Assembly: GCA_964016885.1 (NCBI GenBank)
Contig: OZ024742.1
Span: 67,456,001-67,520,000 of the forward strand
Reading direction: 5' to 3'
Length of the DNA: 64,000 nucleotides
Source of the DNA: Eledone cirrhosa
Taxonomy: Eukaryota
In this document: one piece after another, positions 41,934-55,383 of the stretch
Position numbering within the stretch: position 1 is the stretch's first letter
Layout of the letters: every line of letters begins with the position of its first letter
Translations under genes and position numbers: made by a program
Notes under the pieces: generated by a model
What the model saw: the letters and a program-made list of their open reading frames with translations, nothing else
Told to the model about the DNA's origin: nothing
Database searches by the model: none

Positions 41934-43681
41934 TATGTATAATATAATAAATATGATATTATGGTGATATTTTCCATTTATTACTATTATTAATATATAT
42001 ATATATAATGAAGGAAGTGTGGTAAGGAACCAGGTGAAACCATAACGCACCAAAGTACTCAATATTTAGGGTAGTAGAGTGGGTAATACGAAAATGTTCA
42101 AAACCCAGACGGCAGAGCTCAAGCCGTTTCGGCGGCTAATTCTGGACCAGAAATAGCCGTAGAAATGGTTTGAACTCTGCCATCGCGGTCTTGAAACATT
42201 TCCCTATATATATATATATAAATATATATATATAAATATATATATATAAATATATATATATAAATATATATATGAAAGGTGAAAGGTATTTCTAAAAACG
42301 AAACAATACCTCCTACGTTAACCAAGAACTCCTAAGACCTACCCAACAACCAACAACTTAATTTATAAAATAATTTTTTTTAAGAAAAATTCTTTTTGGA
42401 TTTTGTGAAGAAAATAAATTTGTTGAAAGCACAAGTGAAGCCATTTTTTCTTCCCCCCTGTCTTCATATATATATATATGCGAAAGAGATAGTTACATAG
42501 ATAGTTAAATAAAATAATTGGTAGATAGATAGAGAAAGAGAGAGGGGAAGGATGTGAGAGATAGGTAGATATAATATATATATAGAGAGAGAAAGGGGAT
42601 AGAAGATGTTTGTTAAATCCGTGTGAATTTCTTATATAGCCGCGAAGAGTTAAATTCACCAACGCATCAGGTTAGAGCACATCGGCAACGTATAGATGTA
42701 CTTAATTATACCCCTTGGATTCAACTATGATTCTTGACGTTTCGATTGTGTTGGCTTGGTAGACCACCATACAAGCATCAATTAATAAATTTCAGTCATA
42801 TTCATGGTCAGATATAAAGAAAATAAACCCTCCCTCAAATTGTCAGATTTTGGCCACGAATTTAAAATCAATATAATAATTAACAATGCTCTCCCTTATT
42901 TTGCATGGTCAAGTGATATCACTAAGATATCATTATTGTTATTAAATAAGCGAATACAAAATAGTAATTGGATTTATCATTTTCACTTTGTATCTTATCC
43001 AGTTTATTAATATCATTTCCAATTAGAAGAGATGACATCTATACACATTTCCTCATAAATCTAGTTTTGTGTTTCCGATAATAAAATTGTCATATTTCAA
43101 AAGAATTGCCATAGAACACTGTGAAAAAAACTTATCACCGTATCAGGTGAAATACTGCTTAAAAATAACAGATTGGGGGAAGGAATGATTTACAGTAATT
43201 TAGTTACAATACAGTAATTTTCAGTTTTGTATAATAACATGGTCGACAGTGCATTTAAATAAATGAAGAATATAGAGATATTGTAGGTACATTGTCGAAG
43301 TATCACACGAAGAATATTATTGCAAAACTGAAAATGTTGGCCAGAAACCAAGGAAATTAAATCGAAACTTTTAAGAAACCCAACGAAAGAAATATGTTGA
43401 AAAATATGAAAATATAAATTATTAAAAAAAATAAATATATGAAAAAGATGTTAAATTCTGTAAGTAAATATATTATGTAAATTTAAAGAGATTAGAAGGG
43501 TGAAATAAAGGAAATTTTGCATATAATATATTTCTTTATAATACACGCACACACATACTTACGCAAACAAACACAGGCGTTTAGAAAAAACACTCACAAA
43601 CTCACATTCACCCCCACCCCAGTATATATATATATATATATATTGGATTCTGTCGATCGATTTGTTATTGATTAGGCGATA

Positions 43682-43790
43682 CCCGCTGATGAAGCCGCAT
43701 AAGCCGATTGTGGATTGTTTCATAATATATGCAGACAGATGGTGCAATGCACCTTACTGTGCATTAGTGCGGCAGAAACTCGAGACCGGG
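43682..43790 (+). ncRNA. Hammerhead motif with long stem II; cleavage triplet mutated
   Basis: cccg-CTGATGA-a-gccgca..~70 nt..tgcggc-a-GAAA-ctcgag-AC-cggg, inside a ~290-bp unit between (TA)n tracts. Confidence 0.7.
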
Positions 43791-43934
43791 AACCTTATAG
43801 GCACCCGCTTTACGTGTGTTGTGTTGAGGCAAATAACTCTGTGTATACTCTGGTAATGTATCTTACATTGCCCATTGAGTGCGCTGAGATACAACCGGTA
43901 CTGGCATTGATAAATATGCTGGGTCCGTCAACCC

Positions 43935-43998
<64 letters not shown>

Positions 43999-44156
43999 AA
44001 GAAAAGTGTGTACAGTTAAGAAAGAAAATAATATTTGTAAAAGAATGTTATTACATTTTTTGTGAAAATAATATTTTAATCATATTTTCTTTAGTTTTCT
44101 CTAGAGAATTATATTTTAGATAATGAAAGTTTGAGATACAAAAACTATTGTCAACA

Positions 44157-44553
44157 AATTATAAGTGATATCATTAATGTTAGTATATATGCTTGCGAGG
44201 TTAATCAGTTCTCTCCCTTATAAATTGGTTCTAGTTCAGTACAGGGGTTTACATTTGGGTGACCGATTCAGCGTGCAAGCCCGTTCTATATACAGGGAGC
44301 TAATGTGTGTGTGTGTGCGTGCGTGTATGTGTTATGTATATGTATTGCACCAAATTATAAGTGATATCATTAATGTTAGTATATATGCTTGCGAGGTTAA
44401 TCAGTTCTCTCCCTTATAAATTGGTTCTAGTTTAGTACAGGAGTGTTAAATTTGGGTGACCGATTCAGCGTGTAAGCCCGTTCTATATACAGGGAACTAA
44501 TGTGTGTGTGTGTGTGCGCGTGCGTTTATGTGTTATGTATATGTATTGCACCA
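44157..44553. repeat. Direct tandem duplication, ~195-bp unit x2
   Basis: aaattataagtgatatcattaatg...gtatatgtattgcacc occurs twice. Confidence 0.9.
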
Positions 44554-44824
44554 TTGTCTATGTGTACGTATGATTCTCAATAGATTGAAGGCATCATATT
44601 TGTAGTGATTTCTATTTTATAGTATTTATACTATATAGTAGAAAGACCAAGAATTGGGAGAAAGAGCGTGAGAGACAGAATTAGAAGTGAAATTGATAAG
44701 ACAAATGTTTAAATTGTAAAGGTACATAAAAAAATCTGACAATAATTTCAACGGCTTAAACCTGCCTAGCTGCATGCGTGTGTATGTGTGTAGACACGCA
44801 CACACACATATATATATATGTATG

Positions 44825-44898
<74 letters not shown>

Positions 44899-44902
44899 TG
44901 TT

Positions 44903-44944
<42 letters not shown>

Positions 44945-44945
<1 letters not shown>

Positions 44946-45149
44946 GTAAACGTTCTATTTAAATTGTTGGGATACAACAAGCAAATATTTTTATAACTGA
45001 TATAAAGCACTCAACAAATATTTGGAGTAAAAATACGATATTAACAAATATAACTGATGAAAGCACACCATAATTTAACTTGGTGTCCTTGAAATATGTA
45101 TAATGAAATAAATATGGGTTTATAAATATAGTTTCCATTTGTTAATATC

Positions 45150-45152
<3 letters not shown>
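44945..45152. mobile_element. Short HHR-bearing element with inverted part; HHR motif ~45048-45105 (+)
   Basis: CTGATGA-aag.acacca..tggtgt.ctt-GAAA-tatgta; tacgatattaacaaat/atttgttaatatcgta inverted; homolog at 54618-54890. Confidence 0.7.
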
Positions 45153-45180
<28 letters not shown>

Positions 45181-45183
<3 letters not shown>

Positions 45184-45635
45184 CAAGGACGAATGGTTAC
45201 TCCTTTATTACGTTTATTCGTTGTTGATGCGCGTTTCGCTACTGATCAGCTCAAGGTTTGATCTATATCGATCTGGCCCGACTGTTTCTACTTTTGGCAG
45301 AAGGCCAGCAATTACACAGTACATTGCTGGTACTTGTACTGGGTAATTGCTGGCCTTGTGCCAAAAGTAGAAACAATTATTACTACAGAGATCCGACGAT
45401 CTTTTGATTCCAGAGTCGGGCCAGATTGATATAGATCAAACCTCTGTAATAATAATGACAGTATATCGATAGAGATCGAACTTTGAGCTGATCAGTAGCG
45501 AAACGCGCATCACAAACCAATAAACGTAGTGATGAAGTAACCATTCGTCATTGTATTACACTCTGTCTAGCTCTACACCCCGATACTCGAGTGCTCATCC
45601 GGGTGAAACTACAGCAACTTCGCATCACCCTACAT
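45181..45635. repeat. Fold-back element with a SINE 3' end at the inversion centre
   Basis: 45181-45281 inverted versus 45416-45557; SINE tail on both strands at 45283-45382; related sequence at 63845-63915. Confidence 0.7.
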
Positions 45636-45692
<57 letters not shown>

Positions 45693-46433
45693 AGATAACA
45701 CGTCGAAATTACTTCATGCCGACTGTATTATTAATATTTCCAATCATGATTGCAACGTGTAGAAACTCGACATCAGTTTCACGTGTACATCGAATTGTAT
45801 TTTAATAGACACAAATCTATCATATGGCTTTAATGATAAACACATACACATGGTAGACTATAAATATGAAAATCTTTGGATGTCTTCGTATCAATTTTCT
45901 GCTCGTATTAATATCGGGTTCTACTCGTAACATTTGGATCTTATCTGTATCCCTATTAGAAATGATAATAAAAATCTTGAGATGAAACGATTATGTAGTT
46001 GAGAGGATCTCTTGTACATTACTTGCTATTCAGGATACTGTGTATATTGGTATTCGATTTCACTGCTTGGTCTCTTGACTAAATAACATTACCATAATAT
46101 TTAACTAACCTTTGTAATTGAAAGGTGATAAGAAACATTCAATAAACACGACAGATGTATTGTATTCCAGTTTTGTGATGTATTGTATCCCGTTGATTCT
46201 ACGTGAGAATTTCCTTAACGATGCACACGTTTATGAAATAGACAACCACATACATATTAATCACTAGACTGGTTTTCAGTTAATCGCAGGTCTATATGCC
46301 ACACTCGGAAATCAATAACGTTTCTAACTAAAGATATACCTAATAAAAATAATGAAAGTACAACTTTCATAGTGTCATATTGGGACAAAAATCTGATAAC
46401 TCCATAACCTTGCCATTTACTTTGCCTTTCTTT

Positions 46434-46466
<33 letters not shown>

Positions 46467-46924
46467 TGCATTCTCGCAATATTATACACAACTGAATCAT
46501 TCGCAAACAAGAAGTGTTGCCTCCCTTGCTGAACTCCACGTGGGGTCAGTAATAGACACTCTTATCTATAGCATCCTAGAACAAAACCCGTTGATAACAC
46601 GACTTCCTTGTTCATCATCTTACCTGAAGCCAAGCATTCTTTATGGAGGGGGAAAATACCTGATTTTGGAGTCGCAGAAACCAAATACTGGATTTTACCA
46701 TCATTCCAGGGTCCGGGAAAGTATCAACACATATATTTTTATTGTTTGACCCGAATTACTTGGTCGTTTGTTTTGGCTGTGCGGATGATATGTTTAACCA
46801 TCATCTCAGTGTGTTTGGCCCTTAACGTATGTTGTAGCTCTGATTCACTGAATCATCGAGTGCTTGCCACACATATCGGATGTTGATTTTCGTTAATTCC
46901 TGTGCTGAAATACGATTCTCGCTA

Positions 46925-46963
<39 letters not shown>

Positions 46964-47114
46964 TAAATATACACGTTCAATTAACACTTAACATTTAATA
47001 GTCTACCATACTATTTCATTCTAATACCATTATACATTTTAAAGGATTGTAAATAAAACGAGTAAATTAGACAAAGTTGGAATTCCTTTTATTAATATAT
47101 ATTTATATATATAT

Positions 47115-47400
47115 ATTGTTATACTCTGGGAAGTTCATGTTGCCAATAAGAAACACACGTACTAGTTGCTTTCACTCCAATTTATTATGAATTAAATTAT
47201 AAATTTAAAAATTTATAAATTTCCTGTTGGTTGGTTGATTCCAAAACCGGACGGCTGTTCATATATTGTTAAAGTTCTTTCGTCACATATTCTGTGACCT
47301 CTTCAGTGACTGGGGATTATTTTCTTTGTTTTGTGCCTCTCCTTTGTTCTGTCCTACGCCATCTAGTTTTTGTGTGTGTTGAACGCAAAATATGATGATG
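47115..47400 (-). mobile_element. Solo pLTR fragment of PLE family B with HHR (~47267-47311)
   Basis: Colinear with 54972-55260; cagtca-CTGAAGA-g-gtcaca..tgtgac-GAAA. Confidence 0.8.
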
Positions 47401-49049
47401 TACACTTCCTAGTTTTTCCATGAGGCTTTGCTAGAATCTTTTTTATAAAAGAAATTTATGGAATTTTCCTTCAATATTTCCATTAAGGGTCCACGGCAGA
47501 GGTTTCTTAAATGGAGAAAAAATGATTTCATTTTCTGAGGTTAATTATGTATGACTCCTATATTATGGTATCTAAAAAGAAAACATAACAAATAGATAAA
47601 TAAAAAAGATGATTGAGCAAGAAACCCATTTGAACGTAGAACAGGCCTGCTATAAAACAGAAATACTATTCTCGTAAGAATATTTAGCCAAAACATCTCA
47701 GTAAGGTTCTGTTAAAAGTAGCTAAACAGACAAGGGTTAATAAAACTATTTTTCTATCAAACGATGAGATTAGATATACAAGTCACATACATTGAATATT
47801 ATCTTAGTAAATCATGTCACAAGGGTAACTATTTTTTTCCTTTAGTTTCGAATTTTATCATGGTGAATTATAATCGAGAACAAATACTTTCCCATTAAAA
47901 ATTCTGTTTCAGGAAATAATATAAATACAACAACTATAAAAGCAGCATGAACAAATATAAATGTAATATATAATGAGATGCAACAGAGACATATATAACT
48001 GACATCTGTATTCACAGCATTGTTCTTGGTAAACAAGCTAATTTGTCTGTCACTTAATTATGTTGAATTATGTTCTGCTTTTTTCACTAACTGAAACAGC
48101 CACGAACACAGTTCCGAGCACCACCACACTTGTAACTGGAAATAACGCCATCTACAACAACGAAATCACAATGACTGACAATATTTCTACAACCAAGAAT
48201 ACATGTGGCGCCACTAGATTCTGAAGCAGTACTTAAAAATTATTCAAACCAGCATCACCACCGACACTACACCCAACAACAAGCTGGCAACTTGAAATTC
48301 CATAAACACTGCCAGCACAACCACTCCAGCAAATAGAACTCACGTTTAAGAACACTACTCTCAGCATGTCCACCAGTATCCTCACCATTGTTACAAAACC
48401 AACAACCAGAAAATACATACAAAACATTACAATCAACTCGAAATAGCAGCACTACAAACAGCTTTAATAATACACACTTGCAACTGTAATTTACACCCCC
48501 AAACAAAACCATACAGGATACGAAAATCTGCACATATAGAAAAATCAGTAAAAGATCACATTATCGAAAAATTAGAGTACAGTCCACCAAAGCGAAAGCT
48601 AAACTTAAAATTAAAAGACTCTATCGCCGGATATAGAACACACCTTCTAAAACACTGCTGCACATACTGAACAGCAATAATCCCAATAGTAGCGCAAGAA
48701 TAGAGAATCAAATAATATGATGTGAATTGCTATAAAAAATTGTTATAGTTTCCACTGACAGACAAAATGACAGGTGTAATATATATACGCAAGGGAGAAC
48801 AGGGTCATTGGTCGCCAGGAGATGAAGGGAGCCCACCTACATATAAAATGCTATCATTTAATTTTTACAATGAATAAATAACATTTTCAAAAAATACATA
48901 AGTGGAAACAAAATGGTGCAATAAACTTTTTGAGGAAAAATATCTTATATCTTCCAATAAAAAAATATGTATTTTGCGAAATCCAGAAACTTTCAATAAT
49001 GAACTTTGGTCGCTCACACTCACTCAGTATATATATATATATATATATA

Positions 49050-49570
49050 TATAGGAATAATTAGGTTGTTACCAAAGTGCCTTAGGATTTGCAAGTCGAC
49101 CCTAAATATGAGTAATAGCTCTAGGAAAGCAATAAACAACACCACATTTTTAATTTGATTTTGAAAGTAGGTTTATAATTATTAATTTTCATTATACGTT
49201 TGTAGCTGTCTCGGTGGCCTAGATGGCGGTTGTGATCCTAGTCTGGAGTTCGATCCTGGTCGGGAGTAGGATTCCCGGAAAGCCTTTTCAGATTTTTTTC
49301 TATAGGTTGTAAAATAAAACTTTAAAGATTACATGTGTCTCTTGACCAGGATTGAACCCAACGCCAGGATTTCCACCGGCACTTCCAGTTACCGATAGGC
49401 CACAGAGAAAACTACGAAAATCTTATGAAAATTCATACTTATAAACCTACTTTCAAAATTTTCAAAACAAATAGATATGGAGTCTTTCATGTCTTTCTTA
49501 ATGTTATTGCTCCTACTTAAGTTAGACTTCTAAATCATTTGGGTGTTCCATAAACTACATCCTCATTTTG
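49050..49570. mobile_element. Palindromic repeat with two convergent tRNA-like Pol III heads
   Basis: ttttgaaagtaggtttataa inverted at ~49159 and ~49439; A/B boxes at 49204-49266 (+) and 49338-49408 (-); second copy at 54205-54550. Confidence 0.65.
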
Positions 49571-49625
49571 TTTCTCATCTATACAAACTATATTCTAGCC
49601 TGTAATCCATGTTCCATTTTTCTTG

Positions 49626-49702
<77 letters not shown>

Positions 49703-49822
49703 TTCCCTCTGTGATATTTGAATCTACTATGATTTGGGCTTACTTAATTCATATATATATGTTATTGTATGTCAGATTCAAACTTACAATGATTGGCATT
49801 ATATATATATATATATATATAT

Positions 49823-52800
49823 ATTAATTCAAAATATTAACAAAGTAGATATTCTTGTGATCAAGTATATTTTATAATACATATTTCTGAGGTTATGAGT
49901 TAACTTAAACAGTACGTCCTCATCAGATAAAATAAGATGATACATGACATACCCTGACATAGTAGATGGTTAAGATTCTGTCATTGTAGTGAGTAATATA
50001 TGACAAAACTCAATATTTAAATACCTTAATATTGAAAACATGAAAAAAACTACATTTAATACATATAATAGAGGGGTGCATGTGACAAAGCTTAAAAAAT
50101 ACATGGCAGCAATATAACTGTTAAATATTCAAATAATTTAAATTACTGAAGAAAAAGGAAAGAAAAGAAATGCATAGAGGAAGAAACAGATGAGGGGATA
50201 ATATAGCTAGTAGGAGGCTAGAAAACAAAGGAGAGTTGATTACAGAGAGAGGGATAAATAGGAATAACTTATATAGTGTAATAATATAGGGAGATATTAA
50301 ATTAGAACAACATTTGGGCTTAGCTTTAGGAAAAAGGAAAAAACTCAATTCATTGAATTATTGAAATATCTAAAATTATTCATCAATCGGAATTTTAAAT
50401 ATAATTGGGTGTATTCATATGAAGGTTAATACCAAGTCTTTAGACAATTATCTATATATACAATATATATCCAAAACATATCTGGTTGACCGTTAACATT
50501 CAAATCATTTAATTTAAGTTAGTTCAGGGTAATGAATAATATTTTATGTTATAAAAGTTAATAAATATCTGTATTAATATTAAAGTATACTATCATATTT
50601 AATTTCTAAAATCAAATTTTATGAAATCAAATTTAAAGGATTTACAAACACGAGAAAGAAAACATAATGTTTTTACAACCTGAGAAGGTAAACTTTACTA
50701 AATGTATTATATAATATTAAATTATTTATATTATATTGAGAACAGTTTATATTATATATTTTAGAAAATAATTACAGTTATAATTTTTTGAAGAATTTTA
50801 AGATTAACAATTTCAATGCCTAAAGGATCAACAGGCCTTATAATTAAAATTTAAAAAGTCTGATTATTAAATTATATATATGCGTTTATCAAAAAAATAC
50901 ACAAAGATTATATTGTCTAAAGACTTAAGATGATACCTCTCAAATAGACATAACATAATACAATACAATAAATAAGTTACTGAAAATATTGTTAAAATTA
51001 ATGTTTTAGATCGATTATTGTAATAGGATCATTAAATAGATATATACTATACATATACAAGTCAGAACTTCATGAGTCCTAAGGATAAGCACTAGATACA
51101 AAATAAAAAGTGAAAAAAGTAAAAATAATGAATTGTTTGCGATCATAAAAGTGCCCAATATTAAAAAATATAGTTTAAAATGCAAGAGGGTTTTTTTTAA
51201 ATGTATATAGTAGACAAACAACACTTCTAAAGTGTCCACGAAGATGATAGAAAGAGGAGCTAAGGATTTGAATGAGTCGAAGGTAAACCGAATTTAATTA
51301 AAATAAATTAAATTAAGTAATAATCGTTATATAATTTAGAACATTAAGGAAATATCTAACAATTATAACAATTGAGTGTCATTTGAGTATCCAAATTACT
51401 TATAAATGTAACTAGGAGCATGTTATTATACTAGATAAACAAATTTGTTCAAATATATAGAGAGAGTATTATAGGTATTAGTGAAACGATATACATATAA
51501 TAAATAAATAATTACAATCATTATTAGTGATGTTATAATTGTAATTTTACCTCCAGTTCAGTGGAAAGAAAGACCAATATTTGTCGATTAGTATGATTTG
51601 TGACATTTATACCTAAATATATATAAAAAATATATATATACAAATCTAACTTTCTGAATCCTAAAACATACCCAAAATGAGTAAAATATATAAATGCATG
51701 ATTTACGGTTCAATTATAACCAGTAATCATACAAGTTATATATCGAAATTATATATTTAAAACAAAGACAAATATATAAGTATCCCAATCTAAATTATAT
51801 ATATCTAAAATAATCCAAAGGTGTGCATATTCATCAAGAGAACAAGTTAACAAATAATATGTTTATATACCTAAACAGGACCCTTCAATCTAACATTAAT
51901 TCTATCATAAATGAATAGAAAATAAAATATTATTAAAGTTTTATAATCTGTTATAACGTTTTAGGTACAACAGTTGATAAGAGACGTCAAAAATTAAAAC
52001 CTGTTTATTTAGTGTTTTTTTCTAACTTTTTGCGAGGCTTGGAATGTAGATAAAGCTTTATGAAGGCAGTTTGAGAAAAATTCACTTTTTTGGTTAATTA
52101 AGTTTTCATAATTAGTAATTATTAATAGGTTATCCATAGTACAGAGGTTGCAGTTAGGTGATATTGACGAATTCGAGTAGATTCTACTATTACAGAGCTT
52201 CGTCCAAAAAATCGAGTATTTTAAATTTTTGTCTTTTAATGACCATATAAGTTGTGATAAAGAAGTCAAAGACTTCCTATTAGGATTCGAAAAAGAGCAT
52301 TTGTGATTCCCAAATCTAGATTTAAATGTCGAAGAAGTTGCCCCTATGTAGTTGTATGTGATGTTATTTGCTTTTACGGTGCATTTATACACCAAATTTC
52401 TATCCAGACAATTATTTTGCAGAGGGAAATCTGGTTTATTTCTACAATTACATTTCGAATTACTATTATTATAATTTATATTAACACTATTATTACTTCG
52501 AAATGTTCTATTGATAGTGCTTATATTGTTGTTAATGTTATTCGTAGTATCAATATTGTTATTGTTATTATATTCATTATTGTTAAAAATATGCTGATTC
52601 TAGTTTAGAATTTTACTATTTAGTTTAGCGATAGTTTGGGCCATATTCATAGTTGTAGAATAAGAAAGCTTAATTGTGTGCCTATTAAATATGGAACGGT
52701 ATTTATGTTGATTAGGGAAGGAATTATCTAAAGCTTTAAATACTAGATTAGCTAGTGGTGTTTTTATTGCTATAGAAGCAGGGGGGGGGGACCATATAAC

Positions 52801-53450
52801 TGATTTAGTTGTGGGTTTTTTCCCCGATTTATTCACAGTACAGGTGTTTGAATTATAATTTTTAGAATTTCGTTTATACATGTCAGTCATATTATTATTT
52901 TTATCAGGATTAAGATTCAAATTATTATTGTCTATATATTCTATATTATTTTTATAACCTGCCTTTCTTAGCGCATCATTTTAATATCCTGCTTTTTCAT
53001 CAAATATGAATTTATTAGCAGATATTCTAGTTATGCATTTTCCACAGATTTAGGGTGATTAGAGTAATAACGAACGTAATTTAAGTTTTCATTGGGCTTA
53101 TGGAAAGGGTAATAAAAACCAGAGTTTAAGTTAAGAGTAACATCAAGGAAATTAACTATTTTGGTACCACTTTCAACCACTAATTTCAGGTCGTAATTTT
53201 TAAAGAATTCAATTATATTTTTCTTAATCTTATTTAGTTCTGTATTGCTGTGTTTGACAACCGTAAATGAAATATCGTCCCTATAGAAACCACCGGCCAT
53301 CTCTAGCAGTTTTCTATTTACCATATTTAAGATGAAAATCCCAGAAGATACGTGACTTGCGCTGAGTCCGATGATCCCATGGTAAAGTCAAAGTTTCTAT
53401 TTCTATCCGAGCGGGTCCAATACTCATTGTTGAAATTAATTAGAGTTATT
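49823..53450 (-). mobile_element. Naiad-like Penelope element, 5'-truncated, with a long AT-rich 3' region and HHR at ~49867-49934
   Basis: RT and GIY-YIG remnants at 52009-53430; continuity with the terminal HHR is inferred from the shared strand and absence of intervening microsatellites. Confidence 0.65.
52009..53430 (-). pseudogene. Naiad-type PLE RT + GIY-YIG remnant
   Basis: FYRDD, VNFLDVTLNL, HKPN..LNYV..SNHP, IFNRHTIKLSYS, CNCR..PL..CL..NLVY, YIGATSSTFKSRFGNH, CNLC, C-terminal CLH. Confidence 0.85.
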
Positions 53451-53453
53451 CGA

Positions 53454-53962
53454 AAACATTTCGAAGACCTTATGCTATTCTTTTAGAGTAGTGACAGTCT
53501 CACTTACTTTAAATCCCCTGTTTGCTGAAAATGTTAAGTAAGTGAGACTGTCACTACTCTAAAACAATAGCATAAGGTCTTCGAAATGGTTTTAATTAAG
53601 CATACAGTGTATTGCAAAATACACTATATATACATTCATATATTTATCGTTATTTCAGAGCGCCAATTCTAATTTTCAATTTCTGCTTGACCGGCAACCC
53701 CTCTGAATAATCAGTTCCTGATTATTACTAGACATTCTATAAGAATCAAACATTCATGATTTTCAGCAAACAGGTGGAGTACTTGGCTTTGATAAGTACC
53801 AATCAGTAAGAAACATAGCTCTGTCAGCTTTATCTCCCCTGTTTGCTGAAAATTTAAAGTAAGTGAGACTGTCACTACTCTAAAACAATAGCATAAGGTC
53901 TTCGAAATGCTTTTAATTAAGGAGACAGTGTATTGCAAAATACACTATATATACATTCATAT
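53454..53962. mobile_element. Retrozyme-like element, ~320-nt family (U3-A8 HHR at 53785-53829, stem II damaged)
   Basis: Inverted 53454-53513, then tcccctgtttgctg at 53514 and 53835 (period ~321). Confidence 0.85.
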
Positions 53963-53972
53963 ATTATATATA

Positions 53973-54132
<160 letters not shown>

Positions 54133-54204
54133 TATATATATATGTGTGTGTGTGTATTATTTGTTTGTTAAATTAATCAACTTAAATTAAATCAACAGTT
54201 AAAC

Positions 54205-54550
54205 ACACATAGGAATAATAAGATTGTTACCAAAGAACCAGAAGATTGCCAAGTCGACCTTAAATATGACTAATAGCTCCAGCAGAGCCAGAAACGACAC
54301 CACATATTTTTAACTTTGGTTTTGAAAGTAGGTTTATAATAATTAATTTTCATTATACTTTTGTAGCTGTCTCGATGGCTTAGTTGGAGGAATTGTGTAC
54401 GTTTGTGATCCTGGTCTGAAGTTCGATCATAGTTGGGAGTATGGTTACCGGTAAACCTTTTCAGTTTTTTTTTCTACGGGTTGTAAAATAAAAACTTAAA
54501 ATATTACATGTGCCTCTTGACCAGGATTGAATCCAACACCAGGATGTCCA
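54205..54550. mobile_element. Second, truncated copy of the convergent tRNA-head repeat
   Basis: Colinear with 49050-49370. Confidence 0.7.
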
Positions 54551-54586
54551 ACTTATACAAAAATCCCTAGGGATCTAATCGACATC

Positions 54587-54617
<31 letters not shown>

Positions 54618-54621
<4 letters not shown>

Positions 54622-54890
54622 AAAGTTCTATTTAAATTGTTTGGATACAGCAAGCAAATATTTTTATAACTGATATAAAGCACTCAGTAAATATTTGGAG
54701 TAAAAATACGATATTAACAAATGTAAACTATATTTATAAAACTATATTTATTTCATTATACATATTTCAAGGACACCAAGTTGAATTAAATGATGAAAGC
54801 ACACCATAATTTAACTTGGTGTCCTTGAAATATGTATAATGAAATAAATATGGTTTTATAAATATAGTTTCCATTTGTTAATATCGTATA
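54618..54890. mobile_element. Fold-back copy of the 44945 HHR family
   Basis: 54708-54789 inverted versus 54808-54890; both outer ends match the 44945-45152 copy. Confidence 0.7.
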
Positions 54891-55383
54891 TATATATATA
54901 TATATATATATATTTCGTTTCTGAATTTGTTTAGCAAGACTCTTTATCTGAAATCGTGTGTTGAAACCGATATTGTTATACTTTGGGAGGGTCATGTTGC
55001 CAATAAGAAACACACGCACCAGTTGCTTTCACTTCAATTTATTATATATTTATAAATTTATAAATTTACGAATCTACAAATTTATAAATTTCTGGTTGGT
55101 TGGTTGGTTCCACAACCATATAGTTGTTTATATATAGTCATAGTCCTTTCGTCACACACTCTGTGACATCTTCAGTGACTGGGGATTCCTTTCTTTGTTT
55201 CTGTGCTTTCCTTTCTTCTGTCCGACGCCATTTTGTTTCTGTGTGTGTGTTGTGTGCACAGTTTGCGCATGCGCCACATCCGGGTGCCTGTGTGTGTTTG
55301 TGTTCATTTATCTATTTGTTTATTTATTTACATGTTATTGGTTGGTTGTTTGTTCTATGTGTGTGTGTGTTTTCATTTTGTCC

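Noticed and set aside
44157-44553. 195-bp tandem dimer as a retrozyme candidate
   Set aside because: No ribozyme core found on either strand; treated as a local duplication
49204-49266. Genuine tRNA gene
   Set aside because: A/B boxes present but no complete cloverleaf; part of a dispersed repeat
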